Positions 1-8,696 of a stretch of 64,000 nt of DNA are shown here, in pieces. Every line of letters starts with the position of its first letter. Positions within the stretch are counted from its first letter, which is position 1. Where the stretch lies: the IMG/VR virus record IMGVR_UViG_3300029258_003221, positions 124,001 through 188,000 of that record; one strand, written 5' to 3'. Below the pieces are notes generated by a model that was given only the letters and a program-made list of their open reading frames with translations, did no database searches and was not told the DNA's origin. The translations under genes and the position numbers were made by a program.

Positions 1-184
1 CAAATGCAAAATTTGATCCCGTTGTAGCTTTGCATTGCTCTATTTTGAATGAGGCTGAATTGGATCGAGCCTTTAAGGAAGGATTGAAAGCATCGGAGAT
101 CATTTCATCTGAAGTGAACCTTGCCCAGAGATATGTGTCTGATCAAACACTGGCTTTAATTCAACATACAGGAGATTAGAAAAA

Positions 185-823
185 ATGAAACGACGTGATG
201 CACTCAAAACATTGGGATTTTTTCCTCTGGCTGGAAGCCCTCTAGCGGCCCTCGGCCAAACCTCGTCTATTAACGAAGACCCCAAGCCAAAGTCGATTTG
301 GGATTATCAGGTCAAACACTTCCTGATCGATGCCCACCATGAATTCCTCTTCATCAAACACAATGACAGCAAAGCCGTTGCCTTCCTTGAAGAAGATACC
401 GGTGACCTGATTGTGGCTCGAAATCGAGACAAACTCTCTGAATGCAGACCTGAACGATTCTCTCCAAAAGAAGCCAGAATCGTCAAAGAAAATGAGACAA
501 TGCTCCTGCACCTTGAACAAGGGTCTTATTCTGTCTCAATTGGCCGATCTGAACTCGCCCTCCCAAGAGTTGAATACCGCAAGATCAATGACCAATACTT
601 CTGGCGGTTGACAATAAACAGAGCAGGAGTGGAATTCGAACCTTGTGAAATCCCAGAGTTTGCACATATCTCCTACAAAGGGCCTTCCTACGGAACCCGT
701 GAATACAATGAGTGGGGGTTTAATTTCACAAACCACAAAACAACCAGAAATCTTCCCTTCGAACTTCAGGTTTGTCAGGGGCATTTACCACGTGATAAAT
801 TTTTTCATAATCTACCCATTTAA
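185..823 (+). CDS. hypothetical protein with twin-arginine (Tat)-like signal peptide
   Basis: 212 aa ORF with AGGAG RBS; N-terminus MKRRDALKTLG...ALG resembles a Tat signal. Confidence 0.75.
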   Translation: MKRRDALKTLGFFPLAGSPLAALGQTSSINEDPKPKSIWDYQVKHFLIDAHHEFLFIKHNDSKAVAFLEEDTGDLIVARNRDKLSECRPERFSPKEARIVKENETMLLHLEQGSYSVSIGRSELALPRVEYRKINDQYFWRLTINRAGVEFEPCEIPEFAHISYKGPSYGTREYNEWGFNFTNHKTTRNLPFELQVCQGHLPRDKFFHNLPI

Positions 824-835
824 AGGATTGGAATA

Positions 836-2476
836 ATGAATTTAATTGAACTACTTTCGGTTGGAGGTGTACTTTACTTTACCAATCAGGCAATGAATTC
901 TTACTTTGCTTCTCGTGGCAAAAATATATCTAAACGTCCTGAATTTTCTGAAAGCCAAAAGAACGAATACCTACAAGCCATTGGCAGAAATCGACGACCG
1001 CTGACCGAAAAGGAAAAGAAGTCCCTCGACAATCTGAAAAGCATGTGGGAAAAAGAGATGAAGGATCATCTTGCTGCTCCCCAATACCCAACAACACAAT
1101 CATTCCAATTCCAACTCAGCTCAGAACATTTAACAGAGAAAATTAACGCCTTCAGAAATCGTTACAAGACCACTGAAAACTATACCCATGGCGTTCTTCC
1201 CGGCACTGTCGAAGAGAAGTGTTCTCCTTTTTCTCTAACCAGAGAAGAGAGAGACTCCGGGATCGTTGAAATCTGGAGGAACAAGGAAGGACAATACCAC
1301 CGAGAAGATGGTCCTGCGGTCATCTATGCCAGTGGAGCAGAAGAATGGTATTGGGAAGACAAATTCACACCCGGTCCTACAGAAAGACATGACAACAAAC
1401 TCGTCTGGAGAGACGACAAAGGCGATTGTCATCGAGAATATGGTCCCGCCATTCTCTACAAGAATGGGAAGAGAACTTGGTGCCAGAACGGTGAATTTCA
1501 TCGGGTAGATGGTCCTGCTATCATTCACAGAGATAGATCGGAAGAATGGTGGTGGGAAGGCACACGAACTCCTGCTCCAGAAACTAAAGATTCCGCTCTA
1601 GTTTGGAAAGACGCCAATGGTGATTATCACCGAAACCATGGACCTGCTATCATTTCCAAAGATGGAAATCTTAGATGGTATAAACACGGAAAACGCCATC
1701 GTGTGAATGGACCTGCTGTTGTTTACTCCAGTGGAATTGAATTTTGGTATTGGGAAGGCAATAAAACGCCTGCTCCCATTCGTGAAAATAATCGCTACAT
1801 TTGGGAAAATGAAAACGGTCAATTCCATCGTGAACATGGGCCTGCTATTGTTTACAACAATGGCAAATTAGTTTGGTATAAAAACAACAAACGTCATCGG
1901 GTAGATGGACCTGCTGTTATTTATGCCGATGGCGAAGAAAAATGGTATTGGGAAGGTAATCAAACCCCTACTCCTGTTCGTGAAGGTAATCGTTACGTCT
2001 GGAGAAGGGAAGATGGGCAATTACACCGTGAACATGGACCTGCAATTGTTTATGATAATGGTAGAGGAGTTTTTGATGATGGTAGAGGAGTTTGGTATAA
2101 ACACAATAAACGTCATCGGGTAGATGGCCCTGCTGTTGTTTGTGTCGATGGCACAGAACAATGGTACTGGGAAGGTAATCAAACCCCTGCTCCTGTTCGT
2201 GAAGATATTCGCTACGTCTGGAGAAATGAAATTGGTGAAGCCCATCGTGAACATGGCCCTGCCATTGTTTATGATGATGGCCGTATGTGCTGGTACAAAA
2301 ACAACAAACGTCATCGTGAAGATGGACCTGCCATTATATGTTCTGACGAAGAACCCAAATGGTATTTGAATGGAAAAGAGTATAGCGATCCCACCACAAC
2401 AGATGATGGCTTTATGTTGTGGAGAGACAAATCATTTGTTCCTATGTTTGTATCAAAACGAAGTGAGTTTGTTTAA
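836..2476 (+). CDS. HRxDGPA-repeat protein with N-terminal membrane anchor
   Basis: 546 aa; about 10 repeats of H-R-x-(D/H)-G-P-A-(V/I)...W-Y/W; hydrophobic N-terminus; repeat type common in large phages. Confidence 0.85.
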   Translation: MNLIELLSVGGVLYFTNQAMNSYFASRGKNISKRPEFSESQKNEYLQAIGRNRRPLTEKEKKSLDNLKSMWEKEMKDHLAAPQYPTTQSFQFQLSSEHLTEKINAFRNRYKTTENYTHGVLPGTVEEKCSPFSLTREERDSGIVEIWRNKEGQYHREDGPAVIYASGAEEWYWEDKFTPGPTERHDNKLVWRDDKGDCHREYGPAILYKNGKRTWCQNGEFHRVDGPAIIHRDRSEEWWWEGTRTPAPETKDSALVWKDANGDYHRNHGPAIISKDGNLRWYKHGKRHRVNGPAVVYSSGIEFWYWEGNKTPAPIRENNRYIWENENGQFHREHGPAIVYNNGKLVWYKNNKRHRVDGPAVIYADGEEKWYWEGNQTPTPVREGNRYVWRREDGQLHREHGPAIVYDNGRGVFDDGRGVWYKHNKRHRVDGPAVVCVDGTEQWYWEGNQTPAPVREDIRYVWRNEIGEAHREHGPAIVYDDGRMCWYKNNKRHREDGPAIICSDEEPKWYLNGKEYSDPTTTDDGFMLWRDKSFVPMFVSKRSEFV

Positions 2477-2526
2477 TTCACTTCCGGGCTCCGAACCAAA
2501 ATCACTTATTAAAGAATTGACACATA

Positions 2527-4302
2527 ATGTCCATTACTATCATTCAGGCAATCTCTGTTGCCGCCTTCATCTACTTTGCCCATCGTCTGATTAATCCAAA
2601 AACATCAGACGCAGAGCAAAGTGCAGCTCAAATAACTCAAGACAAAGAATCCGCAAAACAAAAATTACTCAATAGGTTTTATGCCAGTACCGGTTTGCCT
2701 ACTGTAGACGAAGAGCTACGACTACGAAAAAAGACATACAAAGATTATGATACGTTGATTTCAAATCAACAAAAAGAAATACTTGACAAAATCAATACAG
2801 CAACCAAAGAAGCTGCCGACCAAATTAAAGCCGATTCTATACTCAAATCAGGTATGAATGCTGAGGCAAATTCCACTAAATCAGAGAAAACAGATTGGAA
2901 CTGTGAAATCAAATCAGTCGCTGATGTGGATGATGTGTATGGATTTGTTAAAGCTGTCAATAGAAACATCTGCTCTACTTACGCTTCTACTTCGAATAAA
3001 GAAGGCAGCCATATTGTTTGGAGAAACAGTAAAGGACAAATCCATCGACTCGATGGCCCTGCATTTATCTATCGCAATGGTAGAGAAGAATGGTATTGGG
3101 AAGGAAGAAGAACTCCTGCCCCAGCATCAATCACAAGTGATACACTGATGTGGAAACACAATGGTGTTCCCCATCGAGATCATGGTCCCGCTATTGTTGA
3201 TTTTAAAAATGATAGCTTGACATGGTATTTTGATAGTAAGCCACACAGAGACACAGGCCCCGCCAGAACAGCCATCAGCAATTCTTTAAAGAATAATGAA
3301 TGGTATTGGAACGGTCATAAAACTCCTGAACCTCAGTTGGTTAAAGAAGCCAATCCTCAAAAACCCTATAGACGAATTTTGTTTTGGGTCAATGATGATT
3401 CTATTGTGCATCGAGAGCATGGCCCGGCAATCATTACAACACTGAATGATGGTCATCCCAAATATGAGTTCTTTAAAGACGGTCTTGAATATAAAAATGA
3501 TGCTGCTGAAGTAATCCCCAGTGCAGGCATAAGACAATTTCGTCCACCTTATGAACCTCCATTGAGAATGTCTCAGACAGGTAGTCGATACTGGAAAGAT
3601 GGATTCAAAGGATATCACAGACTATGTGGCCCAGCGATCATCTTCTTTGATGGGGAAGAACGATGGTACTGGGAAGGTGAACGAACCACTAATCCTGTTC
3701 GTGAAGACAATCGTCTTGTCTGGAAAGATGATGACGATCAAATTCATCGGAAATATGGACCTGCTGTGGTCTATCCCAATGGAGCACGTGAATATTGGCA
3801 GCACGGCCAAAAACAAACATCATACGGACTTTATGAAAGCCCTCTTGATCCCATTAAACACGATGAACAGATTGAAATTTCTCTAAATTGTTATCATTAT
3901 TACAAAAAGGGAAATCGTCATCGGTTGAATGGACCGGCTGTTATTGATAGTTACACAAAATGGTATTGGAAGGGTAAGCAATGTTGCGACCCAACTGATT
4001 GTGCTCCAGCCGAAGCTAAGGATGGGGCAATTTGGAACTATTTTTGGAAAACCTCAAGTGGAGATTTTCATCGATCTGATGGAGGTCCAGCCTTAGTTTG
4101 TCATTATGAAGATGGTCTTTATCTTGCTTGGTGGGTTTACGGGCAAAAACATCGATCTGATGGCCCAGCGATCATCAATCAAGATAATTCCATTGCCTTT
4201 TACTATCATGGCAAAGAAAAGACTTTGGATGAAATGATTGAACTTTTCCCTGATCAAAAAGAGGAATTACTGAAGTATCAGGGTTTGTCTATTTCTGTTT
4301 AA
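2527..4302 (+). CDS. HRxDGPA-repeat protein with N-terminal membrane anchor (paralog of upstream gene)
   Basis: 591 aa; about 9 more degenerate HRxxGPA repeats; N-terminal TM segment. Confidence 0.85.
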   Translation: MSITIIQAISVAAFIYFAHRLINPKTSDAEQSAAQITQDKESAKQKLLNRFYASTGLPTVDEELRLRKKTYKDYDTLISNQQKEILDKINTATKEAADQIKADSILKSGMNAEANSTKSEKTDWNCEIKSVADVDDVYGFVKAVNRNICSTYASTSNKEGSHIVWRNSKGQIHRLDGPAFIYRNGREEWYWEGRRTPAPASITSDTLMWKHNGVPHRDHGPAIVDFKNDSLTWYFDSKPHRDTGPARTAISNSLKNNEWYWNGHKTPEPQLVKEANPQKPYRRILFWVNDDSIVHREHGPAIITTLNDGHPKYEFFKDGLEYKNDAAEVIPSAGIRQFRPPYEPPLRMSQTGSRYWKDGFKGYHRLCGPAIIFFDGEERWYWEGERTTNPVREDNRLVWKDDDDQIHRKYGPAVVYPNGAREYWQHGQKQTSYGLYESPLDPIKHDEQIEISLNCYHYYKKGNRHRLNGPAVIDSYTKWYWKGKQCCDPTDCAPAEAKDGAIWNYFWKTSSGDFHRSDGGPALVCHYEDGLYLAWWVYGQKHRSDGPAIINQDNSIAFYYHGKEKTLDEMIELFPDQKEELLKYQGLSISV

Positions 4303-4592
4303 TTGAAGAAGACAGAAACTTCTTTCATGTAACGTAGCCACCAGCTCGCCACCGTGTCTGACATAAACATCAGCCATGGTTGTGCGAGTACGGCGAAAAT
4401 CACTCCCAGCCCAAAAGATAAAAATCTCCTTGCCATATCTTCTCCTATCATTGTGATTATTGCCATCAAACTGCTTCCTACGGCAAGCATCATGAATGTC
4501 ATGAAATAATTATCGACTTCAAAGTAGAGCCAAGCTAGTCCTACCGAAATACCCGCTAATAACCAAATTAAAATGACCAATAGATATTTCAT
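4299..4592 (-). CDS. small membrane protein (about 3 TM)
   Basis: 97 aa hydrophobic ORF, convergent with and overlapping the stop of the repeat gene. Confidence 0.65.
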   Translation of the reverse strand: MKYLLVILIWLLAGISVGLAWLYFEVDNYFMTFMMLAVGSSLMAIITMIGEDMARRFLSFGLGVIFAVLAQPWLMFMSDTVASWWLRYMKEVSVFFN

Positions 4593-4741
4593 GAATTTTT
4601 TCCCGCTGTATATTTGAGCAAGTCGAAATATGAGGCATTCTAAGATAGTCCCAGAATATCAAAAAATTAGATGTTTAAATTTTTGTAACATGAATTGTTT
4701 AAACCCTCTGGTGTGGTAAAATTTCGACTTCTATAACAAAT

Positions 4742-4798
4742 AGGGGGGTGTGGTGTCAGCGGGGAGCCGAGGGTGGGGTCTCCCCCACCACCTTTTTG
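4742..4798. other. G/C-run junction with hairpin (candidate genome end, packaging or entry site)
   Basis: GGGGGGTG run and GGTGGGG-TCTC-CCCCACC inverted repeat at an abrupt switch in base composition and motif content. Confidence 0.35.
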
Positions 4799-4847
4799 GC
4801 TCGGAATTGTTGAATTAAAAGTTTTGCAACACCAATGTTCTGGGTGT

Positions 4848-5075
4848 CTAAGACCAATGTCTTGGCTTCATTACATCTTCCATCCAGCGGATGAATTCCT
4901 CCCGTGTCAGATCTGGAGGAGCCTCCACCGTCTGTATGTCCTCAGCATCACGCTGATCCAGTGATTCAATGAGTGGTGGCTGCTGTTCGGCCCATGCTCG
5001 TCGTGCCTCGTACTCGCTGCTGTCCTGTTCGTCGATGGCTGGACAGTCACCGAGGTCATCCGTATGCCCCTGCAT
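4848..5075 (-). CDS. hypothetical protein
   Basis: ORF, start moved to ATG with GGGAG RBS; stop overlaps GACACCC. Confidence 0.6.
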   Translation of the reverse strand: MQGHTDDLGDCPAIDEQDSSEYEARRAWAEQQPPLIESLDQRDAEDIQTVEAPPDLTREEFIRWMEDVMKPRHWS

Positions 5076-5149
5076 TGTCGTGCTCCCGTGGGTGGTGTTA
5101 GTGGGTGAGCCCCAGTGACTCACCCTCTCAACACTACTTAACCGGGTGT

Positions 5150-5596
5150 CTAGTAGTATGCTTTCCTCATCTCCTTTTCAAACATTGCGATGTCATCACG
5201 GCACCGTTGAGCCATGTCCTCCAGCACATGAACAGTTCCGATGACGTGGCTGGCTGGTTGTTCTTTGAGGGTAGCGATTGCCTTCTCAAGGGTTCGCAGT
5301 TCAGTGTGTGCCTTGTCAGCGGCTTCAGAGTTCTGTCGAAAGATCTCATCAGCGTTGGCGTTGAGAGTGTCCTCCCATTCCTGTTCAACTTTGAGGCACT
5401 CTTCCCAGAGTTCCTGTTCCTCGTCTTCAGCTTCCTGCTGGAGCAGGTCTTCGTGTTCCTGAATCAGTGCCTTGCTGAGGGCTCGCTGTGTCTTGCGTCG
5501 TCCCCGTTTGTCGTAAGTGTCAGACCCGTGAGTCAACCAGCAGTCTCCGTTGACCTTGCGTGCTCGTCGTGTGGCGTTGGCGATGGCTGAAACCAT
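5150..5596 (-). CDS. hypothetical protein, Arg-rich N-terminus and acidic coiled coil
   Basis: 148 aa, AGGAG RBS. Confidence 0.75.
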   Translation of the reverse strand: MVSAIANATRRARKVNGDCWLTHGSDTYDKRGRRKTQRALSKALIQEHEDLLQQEAEDEEQELWEECLKVEQEWEDTLNANADEIFRQNSEAADKAHTELRTLEKAIATLKEQPASHVIGTVHVLEDMAQRCRDDIAMFEKEMRKAYY

Positions 5597-5665
5597 TGTT
5601 GTGCTCCTGTGTTTCCCTTATGAGTGGGCAGTGTTGTTGTCACTGCCCACTCTCAGGGTGTCAGC

Positions 5666-5863
5666 TTAGGCAGCCCATGCGTGCTGTCGTGTATCGTTGA
5701 GAGCGGCAGAGAGGGCAGCGTTTGTTGCTTTGGTGGCTGCTGCGTCGTAGCCTCTCAGAAAAGTTTCGCCTTCGTGGCTTTCGGGATCAAGACCATGACT
5801 CATTGGCCATCGATCTTCACCGTGTTTGTAGGCATCCCATCCCATTTGGTAATACTTGTTCAT
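5666..5863 (-). CDS. hypothetical protein (C-terminal WAA)
   Basis: 65 aa, GGGGAG RBS. Confidence 0.7.
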   Translation of the reverse strand: MNKYYQMGWDAYKHGEDRWPMSHGLDPESHEGETFLRGYDAAATKATNAALSAALNDTRQHAWAA

Positions 5864-5909
5864 CGTTCTCCCCTGTTGGTGTTGTGTTGACAGTGTTTGA
5901 GTGGGTGTC

Positions 5910-6113
5910 TCATCCGAGTGGCACTGCTGGCATAATCCGCTTCATCACTGACCTGATCTCGTCGGTGACTTCACCGCCGTTAGCGACATGTCCCGCCAGA
6001 TCAATACATGCAGTGATTGCACTGGTTCTGAGGTATTTGTCATTGCGTGGTGAGTCACCTTTGAAGGCATCAACGTCTTCGGCAGTTCTCTTGTTGTAGT
6101 TCATGTCGAACAT
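5910..6113 (-). CDS. hypothetical protein
   Basis: 67 aa, flanked by motifs. Confidence 0.65.
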   Translation of the reverse strand: MFDMNYNKRTAEDVDAFKGDSPRNDKYLRTSAITACIDLAGHVANGGEVTDEIRSVMKRIMPAVPLG

Positions 6114-6237
6114 TGTTTTCCTGTGGGTGTCTTAGAGCAACTGAAAACGAACTGACGGGTTTGCCTTGACCACATTCAGTCCGTTATCAGTTGTTCTACA
6201 TGGCTCAGTCTCAGGAGGAGGAATTGAAGTGTTGCCG

Positions 6238-6435
6238 TTAGGCAGCACGTCGTCGGCTTGATCCCTTCTTAGTTCGTTTCAGGGTCAGCGGTTGTTTCTG
6301 ACGGTCAATCAGACGAACACCGTCAGTGGCGTTGTTTAACATCGCATAGTCGCACCTCGCTTCCTGTTCTTGATCAGAATTATATTCGGTTACACCCATT
6401 CCGGGAGCGATGACAACAAATCGGTTCTTGAACAT
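6238..6435 (-). CDS. hypothetical protein (C-terminal RRRAA)
   Basis: start moved to ATG with AGGAG RBS. Confidence 0.7.
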   Translation of the reverse strand: MFKNRFVVIAPGMGVTEYNSDQEQEARCDYAMLNNATDGVRLIDRQKQPLTLKRTKKGSSRRRAA

Positions 6436-6479
6436 TTGGCTCTCCTTTGTTGTTGATGATGTTCTGTTACTGGGTGTCG

Positions 6480-6656
6480 TCAATCACCAACATACCGAGC
6501 GAGTTCCATCTCACGTCTGAGTTTTTTCATCTCTTCCGGTTTGGCGTTGTCCATTCTTTTGCGAACGTCCTGTTGCCAGCATCGGTGATAGTGGTAGTGA
6601 TCTCCGGCGTTTCCTTCGTTAGGTCGGCCACAGAATTTGCACTTACCTTTTTTCAT
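6480..6656 (-). CDS. small Cys/His (putative Zn-binding) protein
   Basis: CKFC...HRC motif, GGAG RBS. Confidence 0.65.
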   Translation of the reverse strand: MKKGKCKFCGRPNEGNAGDHYHYHRCWQQDVRKRMDNAKPEEMKKLRREMELARYVGD

Positions 6657-6699
6657 GGTTTCGCTCCGTTGTGGTGTTGTTGATGTATGTTTATTAGGT

Positions 6700-6735
6700 G
6701 TCCACCGGGACAGGGAGCCAACTGTCCCGGTGGAC
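6700..6735 (-). terminator. strong intergenic hairpin
   Basis: 14-bp perfect stem GTCCACCGGGACAG/CTGTCCCGGTGGAC whose 3' arm runs into GACACCT; no U-tract. Confidence 0.45.
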
Positions 6736-6752
6736 TCACCACCAACCCACAC

Positions 6753-7043
6753 TCACATATTAAACCATTTGCCGCTGATGGCATCAGCGTATCGTTCCCC
6801 AGTGTAGTGAGGATCATCGCTGTTTATTTTGCTCCAACCGTAGGTTGTCACGTGCATTCGGTACTGCCCTGACGTGGCTTTGTCCCCTCGTTTGCGTCGT
6901 CGTCGTTCAACAGCGTATCGTTGAATCATCTTGTCAAAGCTGTCGAAGGCGAGTTCAATTTCCCGTGGCTTATCAGGGTCACGTTCCATGTGATTGAATT
7001 GTACCCGCATTGAAAAGCTGACAGTTTGCGGGTGTGTAGTCAT
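6753..7043 (-). CDS. hypothetical protein
   Basis: 96 aa, RBS, preceded by the intergenic module. Confidence 0.7.
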   Translation of the reverse strand: MTTHPQTVSFSMRVQFNHMERDPDKPREIELAFDSFDKMIQRYAVERRRRKRGDKATSGQYRMHVTTYGWSKINSDDPHYTGERYADAISGKWFNM

Positions 7044-7084
7044 TTGTCGTCCTTCCGTTGTTGTTGATGTTGTGTTAGTGGGTG

Positions 7085-7237
7085 TCAGCTTTTGACTTCC
7101 ACCTGTTCTCTTGGGTTGACGAAGAACGTGTTTCCTTTGCTGTCCATAGCTTCATTGTCGCCAGTTTTGATACATTCTCCATTCCAGCAGTGAAACGGGC
7201 GATTCTTGGGCAGTGTGTGAAACTCAACCATTTTCAT
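7085..7237 (-). CDS. hypothetical protein
   Basis: start moved; TGA stop overlaps motif. Confidence 0.6.
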   Translation of the reverse strand: MKMVEFHTLPKNRPFHCWNGECIKTGDNEAMDSKGNTFFVNPREQVEVKS

Positions 7238-7281
7238 GTCGTCCCTCTTAAGGAGTGTTGGTGATGTTGTGTTAGTGGGTG

Positions 7282-7485
7282 TCAGACAAAGCAGGACAGT
7301 GTTTGACTTGGGTGATGAGGTTGAACGGCTTCCCAGCAATTCAGAGCAGGCACCCAGATGCCGCCTGTTGTGTAGTTGGGATTGTCAACGATGAGGAACT
7401 CGGTTGTTCCGTTGTTCTGTCGATCATCGATGACCCAGCCGTGTTTCTCTTCACCGTTGATTGTGTAGAAGGTTTCGTTGTTCAT
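7282..7485 (-). CDS. hypothetical protein
   Basis: 67 aa; TGA stop overlaps motif. Confidence 0.65.
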   Translation of the reverse strand: MNNETFYTINGEEKHGWVIDDRQNNGTTEFLIVDNPNYTTGGIWVPALNCWEAVQPHHPSQTLSCFV

Positions 7486-7504
7486 GGCTCTTTACAGGGT
7501 GTCG

Positions 7505-7630
7505 TCAAGCAGCCCGACGTTCGTATTTCTTTTCCCGTCGTTTAGCTCTTTCCCTGTCCTTTTTTCTTCCTTGTTCACGTTTCTGGCGACGGCGATCTCT
7601 GTCGTGTCCCGTCTCTTCTCTGATGTACAT
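7505..7630 (-). CDS. 41-aa highly basic peptide ending RRAA (not in ORF track)
   Basis: manual translation MYIREETGHDRDRRRQKREQGRKKDRERAKRREKKYERRAA*; ATG directly follows GACACCC. Confidence 0.6.
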   Translation of the reverse strand: MYIREETGHDRDRRRQKREQGRKKDRERAKRREKKYERRAA

Positions 7631-7692
7631 GGGTGTCTCTTTGAGGGTTTGAAGAATGCCACCGGGATTTGTTCCCGGTGGCGTTAGGTTGT

Positions 7693-8094
7693 TTACGCTG
7701 CTCGCTGTGCGGCGAGTTCGGCGTCGGCCTGTTCCATTCCCAGCAGTACCAGAGCCGGGATATTAGTTTGTCCACCTTCCATGTGTTTGAAGGACTCGCA
7801 GAATTCATCCCATTCCCTTGCCGACCGGATAGGCACATCATTGCCGTATCGTGGTTTTTCGTACCATTCGGCGATATTAGGCCCACGTCTCTTGTGGCTG
7901 AACTTCACCGTATCCCCTCGTTTGGTGACACAAACAAAGGTGTTGTCAGTGAAAGTGATTCGATAGCCACCGGGAACCATTGTTTCCTTGAGTTCCCCTT
8001 TCTTGTTGGTTGTCATGATCGGAATCCAGTTTCGCTTTGCTTCTTTGATTCCGATTGGCTTACACGGTTTCAGTGTTTTGATGGCCTGCACCAT
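7693..8094 (-). CDS. hypothetical protein (C-terminal QRAA)
   Basis: 133 aa, GGGAG RBS. Confidence 0.75.
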   Translation of the reverse strand: MVQAIKTLKPCKPIGIKEAKRNWIPIMTTNKKGELKETMVPGGYRITFTDNTFVCVTKRGDTVKFSHKRRGPNIAEWYEKPRYGNDVPIRSAREWDEFCESFKHMEGGQTNIPALVLLGMEQADAELAAQRAA

Positions 8095-8144
8095 GATCGT
8101 CTCCCTGTTAGGAAAGTGTTGTTGATGTTTTGTTATTGGGTGTC

Positions 8145-8303
8145 TTAGGGGACTTCAACCCAATCGGTATAACCTTTGACTCGCCATGCTTCGTTGTAGA
8201 TATCGTCACCATCGTAATTGACAGTCACAACATCGAACTGTTCGAGGATCAGAGTTCGGAAGTAGAGTTTTCCGTTCTCTCGTTTGAATTCCACCGATTC
8301 CAT
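8145..8303 (-). CDS. hypothetical protein
   Basis: start moved to ATG with GGGAG RBS; TAA-GACACCC. Confidence 0.65.
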   Translation of the reverse strand: MESVEFKRENGKLYFRTLILEQFDVVTVNYDGDDIYNEAWRVKGYTDWVEVP

Positions 8304-8341
8304 TGTTTCGTCTCCCGTTGTTGGTAGTCTGTCAGTGGGTG

Positions 8342-8611
8342 TCAGACTCCACAAACTTTGTAGACGAGTTTGGTCCAGAACTTGTAGTCTTTTTCGACGA
8401 GCTGGTCGAAAACTTCCTGACTGGCTTGCATGGCGATGGATTCAAACTGTCCACCAACAACCATTTGTTCTTGCCATTTGCTGTCGGGGAAGGACTCTCG
8501 TTTTTCTTCGGCGATCTTTTTACGACGTTCGTATTCTTTGTCGCCGAGGTTGTTTCTGTGGCGTTGTTCGACTTCATTTTCTGGTGTGATTTCCCATTGA
8601 ACAGCGGACAT
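8342..8611 (-). CDS. hypothetical protein
   Basis: start moved to ATG with GGAGG RBS. Confidence 0.65.
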   Translation of the reverse strand: MSAVQWEITPENEVEQRHRNNLGDKEYERRKKIAEEKRESFPDSKWQEQMVVGGQFESIAMQASQEVFDQLVEKDYKFWTKLVYKVCGV

Positions 8612-8656
8612 GTTCGTCCTCCAGTTGAGTGTTAGTTGTTGATGGTTTGTTAGTGG

Positions 8657-8686
8657 GTGTCCCCCGGCGTTGTTGCCGGGGGACAC
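8657..8686 (-). terminator. hairpin downstream of ParB-like gene
   Basis: 12-bp stem GTGTCCCCCGGC/GCCGGGGGACAC whose 3' arm overlaps GACACCC. Confidence 0.45.
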
Positions 8687-8696
8687 GGTTCGTTGG

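Noticed and set aside
836-4302. Diversity-generating retroelement target or template
   Set aside because: The repeats are in-frame intragenic units with no evident adenine-specific mismatch pattern, and no reverse transcriptase is in the window.
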